The notes beneath the pieces are model-generated. The model did no database searches. It was not told where the DNA came from and worked only from the letters and a program-made list of their open reading frames with translations. This document shows, piece after piece, positions 48,801-56,173 of a DNA stretch of 56,173 nucleotides; the first letter of the stretch is position 1; every line of letters starts with the position of its first letter. The DNA comes from Calditrichia bacterium. Lineage in GTDB: Bacteria > Calditrichota > Calditrichia > RBG-13-44-9 > J075. The stretch covers positions 1 through 56,173 of the forward strand of contig JBOEGD010000020.1 of NCBI GenBank assembly GCA_050633245.1, written 5' to 3'. The position numbers and the translations under genes were made by a program.

Positions 48801-51475
48801 GCAAAAATAACGGTACAATTAAAAGCGAAGATGCATATCGCAAGAAGGCGCGCAAGAACTTGTTGGAATATCGTTACGAACTTGCACAGAAGATTCGCAA
48901 CATTTTCCTGGAGCCTTTCTTTGAATTTAGCGGTGAGACAGATGTTCGCAAAGTTCGTGAACCATATAAAGAGAAGAATAATGTCGAGCGCGACTATCGC
49001 GAGTTTGGCAATCCGAATACCGATCCGGGAGATATCTTCCGTTTCTTCGTTCGTGTAAAAGAAGATGTGCTGATCGAATTTATCGAAAACGAACTACTCT
49101 CGGCACCGCGTTTTGCATACGTTCGTGAATTTTTCAGCGATATCGACCGCACAAACTATCGTGAGTCCGGCCGCTTCATGCAGAAAGCGGAAGACTTTTT
49201 TGTCTTTAATCATTCCGTCATGTTAACACAGGTTCTGTACGTATGGGATCTGCAGTCGGACGACTGGTCTGAGCATGCTGCCAAAAATGATGCGTTCCGT
49301 GAGTACCTGCCGATTCTACTGCAGGACGATCCATTCGCAGGTAACGGCATGGGAAGCCATGTCGATGGCTATTTGCAGCTGCTGAAGAGCTTTATTGCGG
49401 AATATCCGTTCAGCGATTTTAAGCATAAATACACGGCGCGTACTCGCAAAATTGCTGCGGTAATGTCCTGTGGTAAGAACTTTGCCATTTGGAAAACCGC
49501 TGGACGTGAAATTCCGTGGGAAACGCCCGCATCACCAAATAATATTATTCACGTGCGTTTGGCAACCGGCTCGGTTGTAGAGCAAATGAATGCGCATCCA
49601 TTTGGCAAGTTGCATACCGCTCTCACCCATAATGGTGAAACGACTAACTACGAAACGTTGAAGCAGCGCGTTGAGCAGTTTGGACTGCCGCCATTGGCCA
49701 GTACTGATACCGAGGTGGCTTCGCTGAAGTTTCACCTGGTCGCTGAAGAATTGGAATATCCCGATTGGGCACTATTCGAAAGCCTCTCTCCAACAACCGG
49801 TGATGACCTGGCACTTATGCCGGAAGAAATGCGCTCGGAGTTGGAAGGCGTTCAGCGAGTGGAATTTACCAGCTCACCGGACGGGCCATACCAATATCTT
49901 TGTCTGCGCCACAACCCGAATGATGGAGCAACGGAACGTATCGATCTGAAAGATCCTGCCGACCTTCGTCCGGGAACGACATCGTTTTGGTACGACAACA
50001 ACGGAAAAGACAAGCGAGCTTATAGCATTATTGCTTCAGAGGAACAGGCCAGTCAGCGTGTGCTCGAACTACTGGACAAAGAAGGCTTGATTGACGGAGC
50101 TATGCCGGATCTGGTAACGGTGAGTAATGGTATGATCAATCGCTTCGAATATGATGAAAGCGGAAAGATCTACGACTACAAATTATTTGATCGCTATGGA
50201 AACAGCATCGACCTGCCGGATAGCGGAGAACACTATAGCTTTAAGCGTAACAAGGTTAAGAAGCCGAAGAATGCTGCTGATCTGCTAAAGCTGATTAACG
50301 AATTAAGCGTCTCAGAACTGAAAACTCATATTCGCGAGAATGTTGCCAAATGGGATTTCAACTCGTATCGCTGGATGATGCACCAACTTGTAGAGCAAGG
50401 CTTGGCTAAAAAGGGAAGTAAGTCTTCTAACGAGTGCATTGAGCTAATGACCTGGTGCATTGATATCTTGCGAACTATTGATACCGGCAAGATGGCGACC
50501 AGTTCACTTGTGGATATTACTCAAAATGTACTGGATGCTTTTTTCGATAGCCTGGCAGAATCTCATAGCGATATCTGGGTGAAGCGCACCTTCGAGAACT
50601 CGGATGTACCGAAAGTTGGTGACGCAGACAAGCAGATTCTGCTTCTCGATGCAACCGGCTTCGAGCCTGAAGGAATTGATCCTGAGCTTTGCCTGGCAGC
50701 TCTGCTAACCAAGGCATACGATCTTGGCTGGCGCAAATACGTGCTGTATCGCGTTAACGGTCAGCGCCTCATCTCGACCGCCGTCATGGGAAGTTCCGAT
50801 ACCGAAGATGTTGTTATCGACGTCTACGGAATGCCGGGCGAGTATTTTGGTGCATTTATGCAGGGTGGCACTATTCGCTGTCATGGAAACGCTCAGAACT
50901 TCTGTGCAATGGGAATCCATCATGGAAATCTAACCGTTTACGGAAATGCCGGTAAGGTTTGCGGCTATGCTTCGAAGGGTGGCAAGATTGTGATCCTTGG
51001 TGATATCGTTGACCGCGCGTGGACGAACTCTGTAAACGATCCACGCTGTCAGGATCTGGAAATACACATTCTCGGTAGCGCCAGTAAGTATGCTGGTGAA
51101 TCGCTTATGGGTGGAGACTTCTTCTTTGGCGGCATGTATTTTGATCAGAACGGTCAGCTGCGTACGCAGGACCGTCCATATCGCGGCACCAAGATGATGG
51201 GTGGGGCATCGCGTGGAAGAATGCTCTTCTTTAACCCAAAGGACTCGCTGCACGAAAATCAGTATACGCATGGTAAAATCGAAGAGATTAGCGATGAGGA
51301 CTGGGGTTACTGGAAAGATACGGTTGAGAGCACTCTGGAAACTGCAGGCGTCTCCTTAACGAAGAAGGGCGAGGTTACCTCTTTTGTCGCCGATGAGACC
51401 GAGTTTGAAATTGATCGCAAAAACTTCACGCTGATCATCCCAAAGGGCGGACTAAAAGGCTACGAATCGCATTAA
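42812..51475 (+). CDS. Giant glutamate-synthase-related fusion: FAD-linked oxidoreductase + 4x[4Fe-4S] motifs + two GltS-type barrels + class II GATase + GXGXG domain
   Basis: RGSGS/GTICGW/SEGQIG (FAD_binding_4); CxxCxxCxxxCP motifs; DSGEGG, SQGAKMGIGGHI, DGPRGGTGASP, SGGIRT and CDRNRNCHDGC; NCGV, RGMDGVG, HVRLAT, AHPF, HNGE and TDTEV; G-rich beta-helix at the C-terminus. Confidence 0.85.
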   Translation: MDKVTIQSGLEFLKDSSAAKRVASQQNAIELLLENYKRTDVNEQLSGDAAYKELRSKLSEATAIFTLTAVQKEIYHSDSGTAVVPTFLKNRLLNLHCRFVVRPGTLEDLQLFVAYAHSEKIRYTVRGSGSWPFGGSIPMNNEIVVDLSYLDFHQLDTESATLTIGAGAVFSKMRTALKKDGYALKQEITNPHSGTICGWIVTGGLGLGTYKYGPVKESVKKLFLLTPFGEWKTLTPSDDLFDDIFDSEGQIGIIAGAEISVKKMSFVSKPYAFSFEHSREAAAFIEQIEEWKLSPTSILYFDKNYITTTYQIQKEKHQHELEKALASEDDLRIARERQQMETVARLQNLNHVVAMEFDTQEDYEQTLKYHFFNSREDKSRYRDISFQRQPVDVAHKFWDHRFAPVEMKSKGPSMLVSECVLPFDKFAEYCDFIQSAITNWTNNPVKTEAHVLPGGKLLIQSILLADIGTRRHKIYLGLVPFMMQTAISFGGRPYGTGIWNLPFLKGLRANGYEEKINKLTELKKELDPNGLVNQCKYVHPTGRKVALRLFSGTTPLINIGVRFLRRGWKKDSGFSIYSLGRMLWRANRAIFPSVIPPNIEVERHPIMEINDSCAECDSCEKVCPTSDVFGMWGLATPITRRKTANRLAKGEQIDQEEALGFLVCTRCDNCTRVCPSDLPLTDMFDMVEGDKAFQDALGLSLDQKNDFVDRMWDIMKESPLYVEHTKAEQKEDKSHLQHGLEINYKRGYAYAKLFIDEETCINCGMCAHENACIYGARAGNPREMPELIDENCALCNACINFCPQNKAVQMERDYIQDLITNAVDMDEQQYWEEKKGFLRDTTTIQPSPEVKAKSDVYVTEVILTEIDKEASTGQIPVSGMGQGDRHMGIGFDAERFSHFHIVGPAQNRLHEGDPDEELSVILGKRHRYCKFDEKERLDFDPFPNIKLMSPMLYNSVRLHSNGRAELAFIKVAEIQSTLAVIKLNRLLENYDFFLEEGKYDRLPPVVVPRVDHEMIDHLRVNPNIRREMLMDLWRMPMFEITPHKEMESTVQFIRESAKSLHDKSPLICGYLEVSEYDIVGGEILPKLKKRLEALMALDIDVLHVHGLRNKDQYFVTSEAVRTIHHYLLSSGRRHGISLVASGGIRLASDSQKTIQRGAEATLLDFAALLALDPNAYRATLQDKTTTDKLINLDIDIAVERLNNQIESRKVQILEVLGASGFKDIKKTVGEEGRLIDFYELEERVQKDIFEHEEKVTVHEKLNIDLLKKEPLPPKSSPSYTELRERLTDLRSPHHFYNLSDENKTVYQRDHVWPGDLIQTVGKMAAGDPEMGYLKNVKATGLLGDGFDVMKILYQQDPDNIPEEELNHISTALPLDKDLVLSAPWMFGGKSVGSIGLDTWRSHVIASRELGIQYDSGEGGYPTSFFLNRKGEPIFFDEPEMKLIKKHFEHDTQHTCQEIRDILSKNGMTKDKYPRIFEVLEAYPDSQPFLYYEVIGEADEPFVSTEMKTGLFGVTKETIKKARRVVIAYSQGAKMGIGGHILAGKVNKLVSYLRGIQGMEELNTDRVKSLIERIERIEASADHPLKGETKEIFSELKRAHDDEEVYPELKTLLWKIQQKTYELNEEGKLDQLDFESILRMCEEVISFSYSSVISPFPFHNCYSIEDVKSFIDMVRMINPGAVVSVKVSPSVDIEFIAAGLARISRDNTNEVLKRKVKEVESNTLQLSDELAEYARKYGMQIEIWLDGPRGGTGASPNIIKGQMGMHIEYAIPLIHDRLVRDGLRNSVKFIVSGGIRTYEDVIKAVALGADGVIWGTAPLVAIGCDRNRNCHDGCSRGIATSNLIMQNLRNVDLNSKQMINAFLVMQMQVIRALAGLGLKDIRELRGRFDKVQWIGLKERVDFRIRQRREHSKHTRDMMKPAAELEHQTGQTNCGVAAVIGTHNVPSYILDEALYAMKNRGMDGVGVGKTLCFPEFPHHYAYRVMVKGKLQLEMEEHLRKNNGTIKSEDAYRKKARKNLLEYRYELAQKIRNIFLEPFFEFSGETDVRKVREPYKEKNNVERDYREFGNPNTDPGDIFRFFVRVKEDVLIEFIENELLSAPRFAYVREFFSDIDRTNYRESGRFMQKAEDFFVFNHSVMLTQVLYVWDLQSDDWSEHAAKNDAFREYLPILLQDDPFAGNGMGSHVDGYLQLLKSFIAEYPFSDFKHKYTARTRKIAAVMSCGKNFAIWKTAGREIPWETPASPNNIIHVRLATGSVVEQMNAHPFGKLHTALTHNGETTNYETLKQRVEQFGLPPLASTDTEVASLKFHLVAEELEYPDWALFESLSPTTGDDLALMPEEMRSELEGVQRVEFTSSPDGPYQYLCLRHNPNDGATERIDLKDPADLRPGTTSFWYDNNGKDKRAYSIIASEEQASQRVLELLDKEGLIDGAMPDLVTVSNGMINRFEYDESGKIYDYKLFDRYGNSIDLPDSGEHYSFKRNKVKKPKNAADLLKLINELSVSELKTHIRENVAKWDFNSYRWMMHQLVEQGLAKKGSKSSNECIELMTWCIDILRTIDTGKMATSSLVDITQNVLDAFFDSLAESHSDIWVKRTFENSDVPKVGDADKQILLLDATGFEPEGIDPELCLAALLTKAYDLGWRKYVLYRVNGQRLISTAVMGSSDTEDVVIDVYGMPGEYFGAFMQGGTIRCHGNAQNFCAMGIHHGNLTVYGNAGKVCGYASKGGKIVILGDIVDRAWTNSVNDPRCQDLEIHILGSASKYAGESLMGGDFFFGGMYFDQNGQLRTQDRPYRGTKMMGGASRGRMLFFNPKDSLHENQYTHGKIEEISDEDWGYWKDTVESTLETAGVSLTKKGEVTSFVADETEFEIDRKNFTLIIPKGGLKGYESH

Positions 51476-51482
51476 GAAAATA

Positions 51483-51511
51483 GTTCTCCCGGCCGTTACA
51501 GCCGGGAGAAC
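51483..51511 (+). terminator. GC-rich hairpin after the giant gene
   Basis: GTTCTCCCGGC-N7-GCCGGGAGAAC perfect 11-bp stem; weak U-tail. Confidence 0.65.
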
Positions 51512-51908
51512 AGACTTTGCTGCAAAACCATTCCCACTTTGATAAACATTTTAGTACCAAGCACTATTCAAATTACTCAAGAAAAATAGCATTTTAGCAC
51601 ACTTTTTCCTGCATCAGGAGCCGCTCAGGCTACGACATCTTTGTAGTGGAGAATTTCTTGGTGGATCAGACGGAAAATGTTGGATGTCTTGAAATGGGTG
51701 TGTAAAGAAGTGGCTTTATGTAAGCAGGGTCCTTGTATCCACAAAAATCCAGATCATAAACTTGCCTGAGACCGATCCGATTGTCTGATCATAGGTCGCA
51801 GTTCTCGTACAATCAGAAGTCCGCAGTTTACGCAGACCCTGCTTTGCTTGTTTTCTGTAGTCAATCATCGACAGAGGTGTCGAATTACTTTAGTACCCTG
51901 TCTCAGGC

Positions 51909-52568
51909 CTAGCGTTCCAGCGTAAATGAAGAGACAATAGTCTCATCAATCAGATCTTTGTTTTCGCTCTGAGCGGGGTCGATAAATGTCCCTTCCGAGG
52001 TTAGAAACCAGCTGCTGAGATCAATGACAATTTCCAGTTTATTTTCCTGCTGACCACTGTTTAGTTGTATTGGCTGCTCCAGAATCTTCTCTTCATTATA
52101 CGTAAACCCGGAAGCATACTCAAAAGGGCGTGTAAACAGTGTCGTTGCAAAACCATTAACCATACAGCTTTGACTTTGTAACTCGGGATTATCAGTATAT
52201 AGCTGTCCATCCGTGGAGACCAGCGGGCCAAGTGAAAGCCGTGCTTCGGTGTACTCAGCGTAGGGCAGGGATAGTGTCGCGAGCTGACTTGTGGTGTCGA
52301 TACTTGCAAGGTCTGCGATAATTGGACCGTTCGAAAGCAGGTTTACACCACGGCCATCGCTATCCAATATTTCAATTTTCCGCAGTACTACCATTGCAGT
52401 ATTTAATGTAACAACATCTGCAGTACTGGCTTGCGATGCGTTTAATATGCGAACCTGGATGTTAAGACGACCCTCGTTTAGATCCTGCATGTTCGAGCCG
52501 GGATCAGATTCTCCACAACTCCATAAGCCCAGCATTATTAGTGAGGCGATTAAAATTATACGAAACAT
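51909..52568 (-). CDS. Lipoprotein, DUF4382-like beta-sandwich
   Basis: Lipobox LWS-C; Y.E.RL and ID...WF...G..IDP patterns. Confidence 0.65.
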   Translation of the reverse strand: MFRIILIASLIMLGLWSCGESDPGSNMQDLNEGRLNIQVRILNASQASTADVVTLNTAMVVLRKIEILDSDGRGVNLLSNGPIIADLASIDTTSQLATLSLPYAEYTEARLSLGPLVSTDGQLYTDNPELQSQSCMVNGFATTLFTRPFEYASGFTYNEEKILEQPIQLNSGQQENKLEIVIDLSSWFLTSEGTFIDPAQSENKDLIDETIVSSFTLER

Positions 52569-52762
52569 GTTTTTTCCTTTCAGATAAATTGACTATCCGA
52601 TAAAAACAAATTCCGCGCCAACAATGCAATAATGGCCTTTCGACGTGAATACTATAGATTCTTGCAGTCTCCGGAGTGAATATTGTTTTGAATATGTGTT
52701 TATTTTATACAGTCTGGCGATGTGTGGCCAAAAAAACATGCGGGGAATGGGGCATTACTAAC

Positions 52763-52778
52763 AGGCATGAGAATTGCA
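52763..52778 (+). promoter_or_regulatory. Putative sigma54 (-24/-12) promoter
   Basis: AGGCATGAGAATTGCA matches GGCA-N6-TTGCA with correct GG-N10-GC spacing. Confidence 0.4.
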
Positions 52779-52936
52779 AAAGGTGGAGTCGTCTTAACCG
52801 CACATTAGTAATTTTTGCAATGCTCAAGGGAGTGAAGCAGCGCATCTTTGACACTTTCGCGTTCATGTTTACCAGAATTTCCGGGAAGGAAAGCTCTGGC
52901 TAAACGACTGCGCAATGATCTTCTTTCGGAGGAACT

Positions 52937-53332
52937 ATGAAGCGTTTCAAAATCACTGGTGCTTTTTTTAGTACAATGACGGTCTTGTTCGTTTGGCTGG
53001 TTTTTATCACCGCAGCTATGAGTCATGGCAATTCAGATTATTATCCGAACTCAGCGCCACGAGCCAATGCCGGTGCCGATAAAATTTTGTACCTTCCCAA
53101 CAACTCTGTAAGTCTTCAGTCAAATGCTATTGACGAAGATGGTTCAGTTTCTTTTTATTATTGGGCTCAGGTTGCAGGTCCATCCGCCGCAGGCATGGCA
53201 AAACCTTTTACCAGTGAGCTGGAACTTTCTAATTTACAGGAAGGTCATTACACTTTTCGTCTGGTAGTAATCGACAACGAAGGTCATCCTGCAGAAGATG
53301 ATGTTGAGGTTATCGTACAGCCGCGCGGGTAG
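52937..53332 (+). CDS. Secreted/anchored single PKD-like (KIAA0319-type) domain protein
   Basis: GGAGG RBS; hydrophobic N-terminus; P.ANAG.D..L.LP, D.DG....Y.W.QV.GP and G.YTFRL.V.DN.G. Confidence 0.8.
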   Translation: MKRFKITGAFFSTMTVLFVWLVFITAAMSHGNSDYYPNSAPRANAGADKILYLPNNSVSLQSNAIDEDGSVSFYYWAQVAGPSAAGMAKPFTSELELSNLQEGHYTFRLVVIDNEGHPAEDDVEVIVQPRG

Positions 53333-53340
53333 TCTGGTGA

Positions 53341-55965
53341 TTATGAACCAACGAGTTCCTTAAGCACATCAATACCTTCTTGAAATTCGGGCGTAGCGAT
53401 TCTTAAGAAATCGTTATCTGGCGGTTTGGGCGGTGGCGGTAAGTCGACAAGGCTATCGGCACTAAGGCATGTTACTTCAGTTAAACGTGCTTCTATCCAG
53501 CCGGTGCGGTCAATTACCTCAGTGATTACACCTTCGCACTTGTCCCAGTCCAGCACGGTTTCTATAAGTTCAGGTGATTCGTCCAGCTCTACAAATCCAG
53601 CCAGCGATCGTTGCGCAACAGCCATTATATCGCCTTGTTCATCCATTTCGAAGGTGAGTTCATCACCTGTTTCGAAATGGTGAAATGCATTTTGATATTT
53701 TCGTATAAATATTGCGATCTCCAGCAGTCTGTCTTCTGCATTTACAGCTTGATTAATCTGATCTTTTTGCTGCTGTCTATAGTGTTCCATTTCTTCATAA
53801 TAAGCGGCATATACGCTTTCCGCTTCTTCCAGCTTATGTGACATGTTGCGGATGAGTAGTTTGAGGTTGTTTTTCATCGTGTCTGGCAAAACCTGCCAAT
53901 ACATTAAAAACCGTTCCAGCTTAAATCTACCAATGCCTCGTGCAAGGTTGATAAGATCATTTTCTTTGCTGACCAGGCGATTGCTATAAAGCGTTTTCCG
54001 AAATGCCTCCAGTTCCTGTAACAAATCATCCGACTTAGCCTGGGCAAGAAATGGTGACATCTCGTGCAGGTTATTGCGATAGAGGTGCAGCATTTCTTTC
54101 GAACGTGTTAGTGCCACGTAAAAAAGTCGTCTCTCTGCCTCAACTTCCGGGCTGTTTGCATCGCTTTTTCCATCAATAGAACACGGTAGCAAACCTTCAC
54201 GGCAACCTGGCATAAATACAACCTCCCACTCCAGACCTTTTGCGCGATAAATTGTCATAATACGAATTGGGTTGCCACTGGCAGATGGCGGGTGCGCTGT
54301 AAGCTCGCGCACATGTTCCAGCAATTCAAGGCAGGTACCGCGAGTGCGCGCGAACTCAATTAGTGCTTCAACCGTTTGTAGGCGTGTAATGCCAACTTCT
54401 TTCTGACCACTAATCTCAAGAAGGTGCGATTTATATTCAATCTTGATAATCAACCAGCGAAGTGTTTTGTCTGCAGGCTTGCGTAACTGGCCGGAGAGTC
54501 GGCGGATCATTAAGATAAATTCTTCCATCTGCTTGCGCGGGCGTTTTTTTAACTGATCGAGTTCTCGCTCGGCAATGTCGAGTATTGAGCGTCCTTTGCG
54601 TCTTGCCTGCTGAATGACAAAAGAGATAAAATTATAGGAGATGTATCTTCGCGGGCGATTAATAATGGCCTGAAACATTGCCGCATATTTTTCTGCCTGA
54701 TCTGGACTCTTGGGATAGCCGCGTTTGCGAATTTGCTGATCGAATTTGGCAAAAGAGAGATATTTAAAAAGCGTCACCAGCTCAGCTCGCTTATAAAATG
54801 GAGCATTGCCTTCAATCTTATAACGCATTCCTTCATCCATAAATGCAGTTTCCAGAAAGGCTGTTTCAGAGTAAAGGCGTATTAATACCACCATCTCATC
54901 GATTGAACGTCCACTTTTAAGCTGTTCTTTTATTTCAGCGGTAATATTGCGAGCGATGGCCCAATCGTCTTTACAGTTGTGAATGAATGTCTCGCCATCA
55001 AATCCACGTGTTAGACTAAGGTGCTTGTCGTAACGCTTTTTGTTCTGTTCTACCACCGCGTTAGCCAGCGCGAGATGCTGTGCAGGGCAACGAAAGTTGT
55101 CACTTATCTTATAGACCTTGGCGTTATAGGCTTCCTCGAAACCCAGAATAAACCCCGGATTTGCCCCACGCCATTCGTAAATGCACTGGTCATCGTCTCC
55201 GATTGCCATGTAGTTACGATGCAGGCGTGTAATGAGATCCATTATCAAGTATTGCGCATAGTTAACGTCCTGAAACTCATCGACAATAACGGAGTCGTAG
55301 GTTTCTTGCACTTCGTGCAACAGCTCGGGAACTCCGGCGAGAAGCTCCCAGCCTGTTTGCAACATGTCGTCGAACGTGATGATCTGTTCTTGCTTACGCA
55401 GTGTCTCATATATAGCATAAGCTTCAACATAGAGCTTATTGTTGTGTTTTGCCTGCGAGGCGAACTCACGGGCATCGGCGGAGAGCTCGGCTTTTTCGAG
55501 GTCGGGATAAATCAAATTTCCCTTCCAAATAGATATTTGATTAGTTAAATCTTCCCTGTCGATATGCATTTCTGAGAGGTCCATCCCACTACTTCTGGAA
55601 AGCGATGTCAGGGTTTTTCCAATCAGCTGTTCACCGATGTTGTCATTGCTTTGTCTGTTGATCCAACCTTTGTCGAGAAAACCATGCTGGGTAGCGAGAC
55701 GGATAATGTGGTAGCCCAGAGAGTGAAGCGTTCGGCAGTCGACACCAGAAACGTCAAGATCTTGCAACTGGGTGGTGATATCCCTTACTGCAGCAGTATT
55801 AAACGATGTTGCCAGGATGCGATTTGGGCGAACAATTCCCTGCTCAGTTAGATTTTTGATGCGATGAACCATACAGGTTGTTTTTCCTGAGCCTGCGACG
55901 GCAAATACGAGTGCTGGCCCGCGAAGATGGTTTACAATGGCCTGTTGTTGGTCGGTTAACCGCAT
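53341..55965 (-). CDS. UvrD/Rep/PcrA family ATP-dependent helicase with extended C-terminus
   Basis: AVAGSGKT, TLHS, VDEFQD, GDDDQCIYEWRGA, NFR, TIYRAKGLEW and ERRLFYVALTR. Confidence 0.92.
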   Translation of the reverse strand: MRLTDQQQAIVNHLRGPALVFAVAGSGKTTCMVHRIKNLTEQGIVRPNRILATSFNTAAVRDITTQLQDLDVSGVDCRTLHSLGYHIIRLATQHGFLDKGWINRQSNDNIGEQLIGKTLTSLSRSSGMDLSEMHIDREDLTNQISIWKGNLIYPDLEKAELSADAREFASQAKHNNKLYVEAYAIYETLRKQEQIITFDDMLQTGWELLAGVPELLHEVQETYDSVIVDEFQDVNYAQYLIMDLITRLHRNYMAIGDDDQCIYEWRGANPGFILGFEEAYNAKVYKISDNFRCPAQHLALANAVVEQNKKRYDKHLSLTRGFDGETFIHNCKDDWAIARNITAEIKEQLKSGRSIDEMVVLIRLYSETAFLETAFMDEGMRYKIEGNAPFYKRAELVTLFKYLSFAKFDQQIRKRGYPKSPDQAEKYAAMFQAIINRPRRYISYNFISFVIQQARRKGRSILDIAERELDQLKKRPRKQMEEFILMIRRLSGQLRKPADKTLRWLIIKIEYKSHLLEISGQKEVGITRLQTVEALIEFARTRGTCLELLEHVRELTAHPPSASGNPIRIMTIYRAKGLEWEVVFMPGCREGLLPCSIDGKSDANSPEVEAERRLFYVALTRSKEMLHLYRNNLHEMSPFLAQAKSDDLLQELEAFRKTLYSNRLVSKENDLINLARGIGRFKLERFLMYWQVLPDTMKNNLKLLIRNMSHKLEEAESVYAAYYEEMEHYRQQQKDQINQAVNAEDRLLEIAIFIRKYQNAFHHFETGDELTFEMDEQGDIMAVAQRSLAGFVELDESPELIETVLDWDKCEGVITEVIDRTGWIEARLTEVTCLSADSLVDLPPPPKPPDNDFLRIATPEFQEGIDVLKELVGS

Positions 55966-56033
55966 GTTTACTTGCCTTTATTATTCTATTCTGCAAATCG
56001 TTGTGTTTTTTTGAATCTTTTTAATACGAGTGA

Positions 56034-56061
56034 CAGGACTCAGAACCCAGAACACAGTACA
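56034..56061. repeat. Degenerate heptamer array (CAGNACN)x4
   Basis: CAGGACT CAGAACC CAGAACA CAGTACA. Confidence 0.55.
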
Positions 56062-56133
56062 GAGCGGGGTGAATAAAAGAAGCTATTTTGCAGACAGTAA
56101 TCATAAAGTGTGCCTATTGCCCTATTATTTGTT

Positions 56134-56173
56134 CTTTTCACTTTTCACTTTTCACTTCTCACTTCTCACTTCT
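56134..56173. repeat. Heptamer tandem repeat (CTTTTCA)x3 (CTTCTCA)x2+, running off the window end
   Basis: Read directly from the sequence. Confidence 0.9.

Noticed and set aside
42812-51475. Gene symbol gltB, or an intein in the giant protein
   Set aside because: Domain order and size differ from GltB, so the symbol is withheld. The Asn-Cys junction lacks recognisable intein/Hint blocks, and the Cys is explained as the GATase nucleophile.

Overview
A 56-kb, moderate-GC, mostly core bacterial chromosomal segment. The gene mix suggests Calditrichota or another FCB-related lineage (inference): a YPNPFN-type C-terminal sorting domain, TonB receptor, PgpH-like HD protein, selA/selB, and tRNA-Ile2/zinc-ribbon protein/rnpB synteny. 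About 40 CDS are supported, plus tRNA-Ile2(CAT), RNase P RNA, a TPP riboswitch, one nonsense pseudogene, terminators and repeats. I found no CRISPR array, integrase or transposase. Most interesting: (1) a tightly coupled operon (6.66-15.2 kb) placing an MpaB/Lcp-like heme oxygenase and a Pyr4-type membrane terpene cyclase between two signalling kinases; (2) a 2887-aa rearranged glutamate-synthase-like protein fused to an FAD-linked oxidoreductase and Fe-S domains, with its Ntn catalytic Cys buried internally at residue 1932; (3) a TPP-riboswitch operon with a GH97 alpha-glucosidase between the TonB receptor and thiamine pyrophosphokinase; (4) dispersed heptamer repeat arrays at both window ends and, inverted, around a pseudogenised insert; (5) a structured 77-bp direct repeat and an RBS-led small ORF inside a terminator-like fold. 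All family calls come from motif recognition by eye; no searches were run.
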